Of a stretch of 64,000 bases of DNA, positions 13,857 to 25,718 are shown piece by piece (within the stretch, counting starts at the first letter, position 1; each line of letters starts with the position of its first letter). Both the position numbers and the translations under genes were made by a program. The stretch covers positions 6,262,001 through 6,326,000 of the forward strand of contig NC_043020.1 of the NCBI RefSeq assembly GCF_006345805.1. Reading direction: 5' to 3'. The notes under the pieces are model-generated. The model saw nothing but the letters and a program-made list of their open reading frames with translations, was not told the origin of the DNA and ran no database searches. This DNA is from Octopus sinensis. Its lineage: Eukaryota.

Positions 13857-14363
13857 GTGGAGGCGCAATGGCCCAGTGGTTAGGGCAGCGGACTCGCGGT
13901 TGTAAAACGCAGTTTTGATTCCCAGACCGGGCATTGTGAGTGTTTATTGAGCAAAAACACCTAAGCTCCATGAGGATCCAGTGGATGGGTGGGCGGGGTT
14001 AATAAATCCAGCTGTACTCTTTCACCACAACTTTCTCTTTCACTCTCTCTTCCTACTTCTGCCACAAAGCAGAGGAACCATGGTGTAGCCCACTATGGTG
14101 TGGTAAAATTTCAGACCCGAGTCTAGATTGCGAATCCTCTGTACCTCAGGATGATTCAGCTCTCCACCTGTTAAAAGCCACTGTTTACGGAATGAGGATA
14201 ACAACGTAGCTTTCGCGCCCGTGCAACCGCCAGTCTATCAAGTGTGGTGGGTGGATCTTCAAGATGCCATACGCATTCTTAGTAGCTTAGAGTAGGCTCG
14301 AATTAGAGATTATTCTTTGTGGCTAATGGCGTGAGTCCTGATTAGAAGAAGAAGAAGAAGAAG
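13857..14363 (+). mobile_element. tRNA-headed composite SINE with (GAA)n tail
   Basis: GGAGGCGCAATGGCCCAGTGGTTAGGGC head; TSD ACCTCAAATAA at 13846-13856 and 14364-14374. Confidence 0.82.
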
Positions 14364-15659
14364 ACCTCAAATAAACTCCATCTGACTCCTACAAACATGG
14401 AAAAGTGGATGTTAAATGGTGATGAGGGTGAAATTATTAATAGATGATATAGTTGGCGTTAGGAAGGGCATCCAGCTGTAGAAACACTGCCAGATCAGAC
14501 TGGAGCCTGGTGCAGCCTTCTGACTTCCCAGATCCCGGTCGAACCGTCCAACCCATGCTAGCATGGAGAACGGACGTTAAACAATGATGATGATGATGAT
14601 GATAGTCAAATTTTAACTCCGTGCTTGATGTATTATCTGCTAGGATACTTAAAAATCGTGGGAAGAAAAATATCCAAAGAAATTCACTTGCAGGTGTAGC
14701 TGTGTGGTAAAAAGCTTGCTTCCCAACCACATGGTTCCAGGTTCAATCCCACTGCGCGGCACCTTGAGTAAGCATTTTCTACTATAGCCTCAGGTCAACC
14801 AAATCCTTATCAGTGGATTTAGTAAACAGAAACTGAAAGAAGCCCATCGTGTGTGTGTGTGTTTCTGTTTATGTTTGTTCCCTGCCACCACTTGGCAACC
14901 GATGTTAGTTTAATTATGTTCCCGTGACCTAGTGGTTTGGTAAAAAGAGATTGATATAATAAGTACCAGGCTTGTTTTAAAAGTACTGGATCAATTTGAC
15001 GCAAACCCTTCCGAGGGGTTCCCCCAGCATGGCTGTAGTCCAATGACTGAAACAAATAAAAGATAAATAATCTGCAAAAGAAAAAAATAATATAAATAAA
15101 AGGACACATGTGATGTAGACAGGAGGTCCTTTTTACAGGAAGTTCTTTGGTGGTTCCCTTCTGTAATGCATTAGCTCCAACATTCTGTCCCCAAAAGAGC
15201 AGAGTTTGGTAAAAAAAAAAAAAAAAAAGGCCAAATTCTCTGTCTTCAATTCGGTTTTTTTGCCTATCCTTTGTGTGGTTAAAAGAGTATGATTGGAAAT
15301 AAAGTAGCCAAATGGGGATCCTCTGCAGGATCTCTAGGGTAATCTTAGTTAATAGGGCACATGTGGAGGCAGATGGCTTAGTGGTTAGGGTGTTGGACTC
15401 GTGATCATAAGAATGTGGTTTCAGTTCTTGGACTGGGCGATGCTTTGTGTTCTTGAGCAAAACACTTCATTTCACGATGCTCCAGTCCACTCAGATGGCA
15501 AAAGTTAGCAATCCTGCGACCGACCAGTGCCCTGTCCAGGTGGGAAATTTCTTCGCCATGGAAACCGGAGAAACCAACCCTTATGGGTCGGTATGATTTG
15601 AGAAGGTAACTTTACTTTTACCTCTATGGGGTACATAGTTCAGTGATCAGGGACTTTCA

Positions 15660-15870
15660 CTAAGTTGAGGAAGAGATGGAAGTTCACAGGTGCTAAATTT
15701 GGCAAATAGGGTGGGTGTGGAAGTGGTAGCATGTTTTTGGTGAGAACCTCATGAGTGAGGGGAACTCCTTGACAGTGGCCATTGTTGCTGTGAAGAACCC
15801 AATTCTTTGCACTCCACAGATCTGGTTGCTTTTGCCAAATCTCCTCTCGCAAACATTTCAAAACATCACA
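15660..15870 (-). pseudogene. Mariner transposase remnant
   Basis: YCDVLKCLREEIWQKQPDLW...WVLHSNN...LPHPPYLPNLAPVNFHLF resembles the mariner HDNA and HPPYSPDLAP motifs. Confidence 0.8.
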
Positions 15871-16233
15871 GTAGAACACATATATACAATGGGCTTCCAT
15901 ACAGTTTCCATCTACCAAATTTACTCACAAAGCATTGGTCAGCCCAGGTCTATAGGAGAAGACACTTGCTCAAGCACCATACAGTAGGATTGAACCTGAA
16001 ATGACATGGCTACAAAATGAACTTCTTAACCACACAGCCATACCGGTTTCATCTTTAATTATTTTTTTTCTCTTTAATTTACTAAAAACTTTATTCTAAC
16101 CTATATCCTTGTAACAAATCCTAATCCATGTGCTTGATAGGGATCTTCATATTGAAGAATTACAATAAAAACAAAAACAAAAAAAAGGGACCATTTTAAA
16201 GTGTTTTTACATAATAATTCTTGCCTTTTGCAG

Positions 16234-16423
16234 TACCAGCCACTCAACAGACACCATCAACTCAATTGGTGGAATTCACTAGTCCACCACGACCAAATGT
16301 CGGTCTTTTAGGAAGAACCATACAGCTACGGGCGAATTACTTTAAGATATCTATTCCCAAAGGTTATATACATCATTATGATGTCTGTATTACCCCTGAT
16401 AAATGCCCTCGACGTGTCAACAG
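16234..16423 (+). CDS. AGO2: Argonaute exon: N domain ([20 protein letters not shown]...[10 protein letters not shown])
   Basis: ttttgcag acceptor, AG|gtaact donor, conserved AGO N-terminal motifs. Confidence 0.95.
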
Positions 16424-17805
16424 GTAACTATGGCAACTGCTTCTTTTTTCTTTTCTTTTTTTCTTGCCTATGTGTGTGTGTGTGTGTGTGTGTGTTTTTT
16501 ATTTATATATTTAATTATCATCATATCGGTTTAAAGTTTACTTTTCTATGTCTGCATAAATCAGGCAAAATTGTCATCTCCTTGTTTGTTAAGGAGGTAA
16601 GGAGACTTTGGTGCCGCTAATGCTAACTTATTTTGGTATCAGGTATTTTAATGTTTCTCTCTATCTCTCTCTCTCTATGGATTTCAATAATTTATACTAT
16701 GACTTTTAAAATCTGTATTTGTATTATTATCTTATCTATTGTATTATATAATATTTTGTATGCTTTTGATGTTTTCATTTGTAAAATGAATAAATAATCT
16801 AACATTCTAATATCCGTAAGTTGATGAACAAACCAAATTTGTTTCTCCATTTTCTTATTTGTATTATAAATTTATGGTAAAAATATTTCTTTACCTTCAC
16901 CCGTTTAATACAATAAATGAATTAATTACATTGCAATTAAAAACATTTGTGTATTAAGAATTTGGGTACTTTACCAACAGTATATTGGATAAATGATATC
17001 CCATAGTGGGTTACATCCATAACCTCTATCTTACTTTGTACTATATATATATATGGTGGTCGTATATTGTCAACTCAATGTGACAGTCCCGTGAGGGAAT
17101 TACATAACCACCATGTAGCCCTAGGAAGCATTGACGTCTCCTGTCAGCTCTGACACATTTTCTGTGTCCTTATATTTGCAAAGGGGAGGCAAACACCCCC
17201 GCCATTTAGCCCTAGGAAACATCCCCTACTTGCAATATATCAGACACAGGTTTTGTCGTTAACCAGCTGAAGGTGTTTTCCGGGGTTTAAAAAAATAGTA
17301 GTAATGTCGTTCCGTATGGAAAAGCCATGTTTAAGTGACAGCAAACATTACTTTCCAATAGATATTTTGATATCTGTATATATATATTTACAAGCAAAAC
17401 GCCCCCCTGTCCAATGGACGGTGTTGACTTGTCAAACATTTAAACCAAATTTTCTCAAAACATCTTGTCCGACTGTCCCATAGGCCTCCCCTTTGAGAAA
17501 CACTGATTTAACCTTAATTTGAGACACCAGCAAAAGAAGAAATAAAGATAGACTTTTTTTCTATTCCAAGGAAAAGGATTTTACAAATGCACGTTCCCAC
17601 TGCTTTATCGATCGCATTCTCACCGGGAAACGATTTTTGTAATTTTTTCAAGACTTATACACACCCTGATACCGTTGGTATCTACATACCAAATCGGATG
17701 GAGGATGCCCGAGATCCTAGAAGATACACACACAGACAGACAGAACGGATTTTATATAATAGATTTTATTTGTACCTCTATATGCAAACTGAATCCTGGC
17801 ATGTT

Positions 17806-17853
<48 letters not shown>

Positions 17854-18387
17854 TTCTATTATAAGAGAAAACATGCTAATTACTAACTGACTGTAATGAA
17901 CTATTCAATTTGATAATTAACCATTGTCGGTTTTTTTTGTTTTTTTTAACAGAGAAATCATCGAGACGATGGTACAAGCTTACAGTAAAAAGATTTTTAA
18001 TGAAGAAAAGCCAGTATTTGATGGCCGAAAGAATCTTTACAGCAGGGCATATCTTCCTTTTAATCGAGAACGAGTAAGTCGGATTTTGGGTCTCTCTGTC
18101 TTTCCCACCTCTCTCTCTCTCTCTTCAGTCCATCATTCTCTCTAGAATAGGGGTTTCTCAGTCAGGGTCTATTTAGCTCTTAGGGCCCCATATAAGATTT
18201 TGTTGTTTAAATTATGTCTATATAGGCGCAGGAGTGGCTGTGTGGTAAGTAGCTTGCTTACCAAACACATGGTTCTGGGTTCAGTCCCACTGCGTGGCAC
18301 CTTGGGCAAGTGCTTTCTACTATAGCCTCAGGCCAACCAAAGCCTTGTGAGTGGATTTGGTAGATGGAAACTGAAAGAAGCCCGTCG

Positions 18388-18428
<41 letters not shown>

Positions 18429-21400
18429 TTGTGTTTGAGTTTGAACTCCCACCATCGCTTGACAAATGATACTGGTGTGTTTATGTGTCCATAACTTAGC
18501 TGTTTGGCAAAAGAGATCGAAGATAAGTTCTAGGCTTACAAAAGAATAAGTCCTGGGGTCAATTTGCTCGACTAAAAGGTGGTGCTTTAGAATGGCCACA
18601 GTCAAATGACTGAAACAAGTAAAAGAGTAAAAGAGTATGACTTAAATAAACCGATACCGGTTGTCTAACAGTGGGAAACAGACACAATCACAAATACTCA
18701 CACACACACAGGCTACATACACAACAGGCTTCCACAGTTTCTGTCTACCAGAATTACTCACAAGATATTGGTCGACCTAGGGCTGTAGTAAAGAATTTTT
18801 GTTCAAGGTGCCACTCAGTGAAACTGAATTTGAAATTCATCATCATAATCATCATCGTCGTCATCGTCATAGTTCAACGTCTGTTTTCCATGCTGGCATG
18901 GGTTGGACAGTTTGACTGAGGTCTGAAGAGCCAGGAGGCTCCAATCTGATCTGCCAATGTTTCTACAGTTGGATGTTTCTACAGTTGGATCTCTACACCG
19001 AGAGTTTAGTGGGTGCTTTTGATGTGCCACTGGCACAAGAGCCAGTCAGGCAGGCCTGGCATCGATCACATTCGGATGGTGCTTTTTACTTGCTACCAGC
19101 CACAAGAGCCGGTCAGGGGGTACTGGCATTGGCTATAATCAGTTGGTGCTTTTTACATGCCACCAGAAAAAGGAGCCAGTCAGGTGGACCTGGCATTGAC
19201 CACGTTCGGATGGTGCTTTTTATGTGCCACTAGCCACAAGAGCCAGTCAGGGGGTACTGGCATTGGCCATGATCAGTTGGTGCTTTTTACATGCCACCAG
19301 AAAAAGGAGCCAGTCAGGTGGACCTGGCATTGACCACATTTGGATGGTGCTTTTTACGTGCAACTGGCACAAGAGCCAGTCGGGGGCACAGGCCACAACT
19401 ACTATATTGGTTTATTCTTATTGAAACAGCATAAATTAGATTTGCTGATGTGCATAAAGCTTGGTTGAACTGGAATAGATTTTATTCAAGGCTGCTTTGC
19501 GTGACATTATTAATACATGTATTATATTCATATGTATGGTAGCTCAGATTTCAGTAGAATGTTTTGTGTGTCAGCATTTATCCCACAGTTAGGGCAGTGA
19601 GCTGGCAGAATCGGTAGCACCCCGGGCGAAATGCTTAGCAGTATTTTGTCTGCCATTACGTTCCGAGTTCAAATTCCGCCGAGGTCAACTTTGCCTTTCA
19701 TCCTTTTGGGGTTGATTAACCCCTTCGTTACCGTATTTCTTTTGAGATGTTTTGTGTTTCATTCAATTAATTTTAAATATAACAAAGAATTTAGTAAAAT
19801 AACTTGGTTATCATTAAGCTAGTGTTGGGAACATAAATTGTGATTAAGGTTTGGTGGAAGATTTTAATTCAGAACTTATGAAAGTATGACATTTGTACTA
19901 CAGAGCCAGAGGCAGTTTTGGCCGGGTTGGTATCAAAAGGGTTAAATAAGTACCAGTTACACACTGGGGTCGATGTAATCGACTTAATCTCTTTGTCTGT
20001 CCTTGTTTGTCTCTTCTATGTTTAGCCCCCTGTGGGCAATAAAGAAATAAATATTAATCCTACAGTATTTATGCTGGCCATGTCTGGCCCAAATATTCTG
20101 CTTCTTTTATCTTGGAATCAACCAGATCCTGCTTCTCACACTTACCCTACAATAACAATCACATCACAACCATCCGATTGTGGCCGTTGCCAGCTTCGTC
20201 TGGCCCCCGTGCCGGTGGCACGTAAAAAGCACCATCCGATCGTGGCCGTTTGACAGCCTCGTCTGGCACCTGTGTTGGTGGCACGTAAAAAGCACCCACT
20301 ACACTCACGGAGTGGTTGGCGTTAGGAAGGGCATCCAGCCGTAGAAACATTGCCAGATCAGACTGGGCCTGGTGCAGCCTTCTGGCTTCCCAGACCCCAG
20401 TTGAACCGTCCAATCCATGCTAGCATGGAAAGCGGACATTAAACAATGATGATGATGAAGTAATAATACATGATTAATTCAAAACAATATGAACAAATAA
20501 ATGCTATATTTGACCGAATGCTGTCTAAATGCTAAAGGGTGAAGTTGATTTCATGTGGGTTTTTTTTAAATATTTTTTTTGTCTGTTTTATTTATAGGTT
20601 GAGCTTGAGGTTACTTTACCAGGTGAGGGAAAAGACAGAATATTTAAAGTTGGAATCAAATGGGTAGCCCAAGTGAACTTGTTCGCATTAGAAGAGGCTT
20701 TGACAGGCCGAACTCAACAAATTCCATTTGATGCTATACAAGCCCTTGATGTTGTCATGCGACACAGACCAAGCATGACGTAAGTTCACCTTTTTACTCT
20801 CCTGGGGGGTTTTTTTTCTGCATCAATGAGTTTTTTTTTGGGGTTTTTTTCATGGTATTTTATTTGTATTTGCTTCCAGTACACGAAAGTACTTATTCCA
20901 AAACGGGTCGAATGTTGAATCAGTGATGCCCAATTGTAACTGGGCCCAATAGTCTCTTTCCTACCATACTTTGGCCCCTACCTACAGCTCAGTCATCTAA
21001 GCCCCTCGTTGGTACCTATGCTTTGGTGCCTACTCACAGCCAAGTTTACTGGGCTGTTACCTACTTACACCTAGGCTTTTTAGGCTCTCAACAGTCTTGC
21101 TTATGGCCACGGCTCAGTGAAGTATACCATGCTTTCAAACCTCCTTACCGTTAGATCAGCATGACTGTGAGCAGATACCATACTTCACTATACTGTTGTG
21201 TCCATCTAGGTTCCTAATAGTCAAGTGTTATGGTGCCTATTCACAGCCATGTGGACTGAGCTGTGTTCCCCCTCCAGCTGGACGGGACGCCAGTCCATCG
21301 CAGCGTTACTTAAGAAACAGGAAGAAAGAGTAAGAGAAAGTTGGGGCGAAAAACTACAACAGGGGTCGCCCCCCCCTCCCTGCTGGAGCCTCTTGGAGCA

Positions 21401-21974
21401 TTAGGTGTTTTTGCTCAATAAACACACACAACGCCCGGTCTGGGAATTGAAACCGCGATGCTCCGACCGCGAGTCTGTTGCCCTAGCCACTGGGCCAGTG
21501 TACCTCCACTGCGCCCTTTTAAAGCCTAGCCGGTCTCATGGGACTGGTTTCCCAGTTTCAATGGCATATGTGTTCCCCAGCTGGATGGAACGCCAGTCCA
21601 TCGCAGCGTTACTCACTTTTGCCAGCTGAGTAGACTGGAGCAACGTGAAATGAAGTGACTTGCTCAAGAACACGTGTCACCCGGTCCAGGAATCGAAACC
21701 ACAATCTTACGATCATGAGTCCAACACCCTAACCACTAAGCCACGTGCTTCCACGATAGAATAATTACTAAGCTTAAAAAAAAAAGGTCCTGGGGTTAAT
21801 TTATTCAACTAAAACCCTTCAAGGCGATGCTCCAGCATGGCCACAATTTAAATGACTAAAACAACTAGAAGAATAAAAGAATATATTTTTATCTCTCCAT
21901 CAAGTTACATGTATTTATCTCTTATTTCTTTTTCTATCTCATCATCTCTCTATCTATCCCTATCTAGTTATATA

Positions 21975-22057
<83 letters not shown>

Positions 22058-22468
22058 ATATAATTAAAATAAGCAACAAGTATATCTTAGGTAATTTGAT
22101 ACAATCGTTTCATGCTACATTCATTTTATTAAACATTGTAAGTATTACATCAGTTTTAAAATGTTGAGCAATCTTCAGCCATTTATAGAAGTCTTCCATC
22201 AAACAGACAATACATATTCTTATCTCCATTGTCCGTTTGATGGAAGACTTCTATAAATGGCTGAAGATTGCTCAACATTTTAAAACTGATGTAAAACTTG
22301 CAGTGTTTAATAAAATGAATGTAGCATGAAACGATTGTATCAAATTACCGAAGATATACTTGTTGCTTATTTTGATTATAATCACCCCATGGATTTATAT
22401 GGATAATACCATACAAAATTCTGGTGCCTCTGACTTAAGTACCATATTCATCTGAATATATATATATA

Positions 22469-22533
<65 letters not shown>

Positions 22534-25107
22534 TTTCATGTCTCTTTCTCTTTCCATTTATCCATCTCTCTTGAACCAGCTATATATACATATATCTATA
22601 TATTTATCTCTCTCTCTCTCTCTCTCTTTTTCTCCAGTTACACACCTGTTGGACGGTCGTTTTTCTCTCAACCCAAAGATTATGAACATCCCTTAGGAGG
22701 AGGACGAGAAGTGTGGTTTGGTTTCCATCAAAGTGTGCGGCCGTCCAACTGGAAAATGATGCTGAATATTGATGGTAAATATTGATATTTGATGTTCAAT
22801 CTTCCCCCACCTCATTGATTGATTTCTTGACATTTGGCTCATAATAGAGGTGGTGGTGACAGTGGCGAAATGGATTTTGCAGCTGGAGGCCCTTCTTAAT
22901 GCCAACCACTCCAAGAGTGTAGTTGGGTGCCTTTAAACACCACCAGCACAGGTGCCAGTTACAGAATACCAGCATTGGCCACAACTATGATCTCACTTGG
23001 CTTGACAGATCTTCTCAAGCACAGTATATTGCCAAAGGTCTCAGTCACTTAACACTGCTTCTGTGAGGCCCAAAATTTGAAGGGTTCGTTTTATGTGTCA
23101 CCAGCATGGGTGCCAGGTATGCAATTCTGGCATCAGCCACAGCTATGATTACACTTGGCTTAACAAGTCTTCTCAAGCACAGAATATCGCCCAGCGTTTG
23201 AAGGGTGTTTTTTACATGCCATACATTATCTTGTAGCCTTGAGATTTTGATGAGGTAACTCTTAATTTTTAGAATGATGTCATAGGGTTGGTGTGGGAGG
23301 CCAAATCTGGTCAGTTTGAACATAAAACCAGTAGAATATTTTGCCCAGATATCATCATCATCATCATCATTTAGCGTCGACTTTCCATGCTAGCATGGGT
23401 TGGATGGTTCAACTGGGGTCTGGGAAGCCAGAAGGCTGCACCAGGCCCAGTCTGATCTGGCAATGTTTCTACAGCTGGATGCCCTTCCTAACGCCAACCA
23501 CTCCGTGAGTGTAGTGGGTGCTTTTTACATGCCACCGGCACAGGTACCAGATGGGGCTGGCAAACGGCCACGGTCGGATGGTGCTTTTTACGTGCCACTG
23601 GCATGGGGGCCAGGCGAGGCTGGCAACAGCCATGATCGGATGGTGCTTTTTACGTGCCACGGGCACGGGGGCCAGGCGAGACTGGCAAACGGCCACGTTC
23701 AGATGGTGCTTTTTACGTGCCACCAGCATGGAGGCCAGGCGAGGCTGGCAACGGCCACGTTCGGATGGTTCGCTTACATGCCACCGGCATTGGTATCACA
23801 GCTACAATCTCCATTGATTCTGATTCTCACTTGCCTCGGTCAGTTTAAATACTACAACGGTCAAGTTGTAACAGTCTGACTTGCCTATCTTTCTTCCTCT
23901 TTCAGTATCTGCTACAGCATTCTACAAAGCCCAACCAGTCATAGAGTTTATGTGTGAGGTTCTTGACCTGCGTGAGATCGGGGAACAAAAACGACCGCTT
24001 ACAGACTCACAGAGAGTGAAGTTCACCAAAGAAATAAAGGGTAAGCATCTACACAGGTTTTGCAGGCTCCACTCTCTACCTGTGTTTATTTCTCTTTTGA
24101 CTTGGTTTTAAAATCCACCAATTTTTTTTAGATTTTTTTATTTTGCTTTTGTTGTTTTACTACATTTTTGACAAACAAAAGCAAACCAAATCAGTTAGTG
24201 GATATTTAACCAATTAACTAATAATAAAGAAAAGAAGTGGGATTGAACCAGTGTGTGTGTATGTGTTAATTATATTGGCATAACGACCCTCCCTAGACAA
24301 AACAAAATTTTTCTTGTTTGTTTTAATTTTTTTTTAATAAAAAAATATTTTAAGTCTTTTTTTTTTTAACTTGTAATTTCTTACCCTTTTTTTTTCAGGT
24401 TTAAAGGTTGAGATAACGCATTGTGGTCAGATGCGTCGTAAATATAGAGTATGCAATGTGACGAGACGTCCTGCACAGACACAGTCGTAAGTACTTTAGT
24501 TCTTACACGTGCACACGCATATCTAGTTTACTTTTCCATTGACCCTTTAGCATTCAGATTATTCTATCAAATGTAACACTTATTAATTCACATTGTTTTG
24601 AATTAATCATGGATTATCTCATAGCTTCAGGATTTTACATAAAGTTTTCAGAAATAACCCCAAAAAGTTTACCATTAATTCTGTGAAATATTCACGAATC
24701 CTCCTAGTTATCATCATCATTATTATTATTATTATTCACCTGGCCCCCGTGCCGGTGGCACGTAAAAAGCACCATCCGACCGTGGCCGTTTGCCAGCCCC
24801 GTCTGGCACCTGTGCCAGTGGCACGTAAAAAGCACCCACTATACTCACGGAGTGGTTGGCGTTAGGAAGGGCATCCAGCTGTAGAAACACTGCCAGATCA
24901 GACTGGGCCTGGTGCAGCCTCCTGGCTTCCCAGACCCCAGTTAAAACCGTCCAACCCATGCTAGCGTGGAAAACGGACGCTAAATGATGATGATTATTAT
25001 TATTTTATGTTCGACTTTTGCTTTGCATTTGTACAAGTTGGCTCCAAATCTCACCCAGAGACCTCAAGAGACAACAAGTTAGAAGTTCATGTTGGTGTTA
25101 TGCCTAG

Positions 25108-25159
<52 letters not shown>

Positions 25160-25402
25160 GCAACAGCAGCTGCTGCAGCAAGGCAGTGAGCTGGCAGAAT
25201 CATTAGCACACTGGACGAAATGCTTAGCGGTATTTCACCCATCGCTGTGTTTTGAGTTCAAATTTCACCAATGTTGACTTTACCTTTCATCCTTTAGGGG
25301 GTCAATAAAATAAGTACCAGTTGAACACTGGGGTCGATGTAATCGACTCATCCCCCACCCCCACCCCAAAAATAGCTGCCCTAGTGACAAAATTTGAAAC
25401 CA

Positions 25403-25441
<39 letters not shown>

Positions 25442-25687
25442 CGCCTTACTGGCACCTTACTGTGCCGGTGGTATGTGTAAAAGATTCGAGCGAGGTCGTT
25501 GCCGGTACCACCTGACTGGCACGTAAAAGCACCCACTACACTCTCGGAGTGGTTAAAGTTAGGAAGGGCATCCAGCTGTAGAAACTCTGCCAGATCAAGA
25601 TTGAAGCCTAGCGCAGCCATCTGGTTCGCCAGCCTTCAGTCAAAATCGTCCACCCATGCTAGCATGGAAAGCGGACATTAAACGATG

Positions 25688-25718
<31 letters not shown>

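Noticed and set aside
14069-14180. Possible HDV-like ribozyme (GCAGAGG/CCTCTGT helix)
   Set aside because: The P1.1, P4 and J4/2 elements do not follow in the required order.
23520-23790. Regular 58-bp repeats (ggtgctttttacgtgccac...) resembling a CRISPR array; also at 1270-1490 and 19010-19390
   Set aside because: The intervening sequences are homologous to each other, the context is a eukaryotic LINE 3' UTR, and there are no cas genes.
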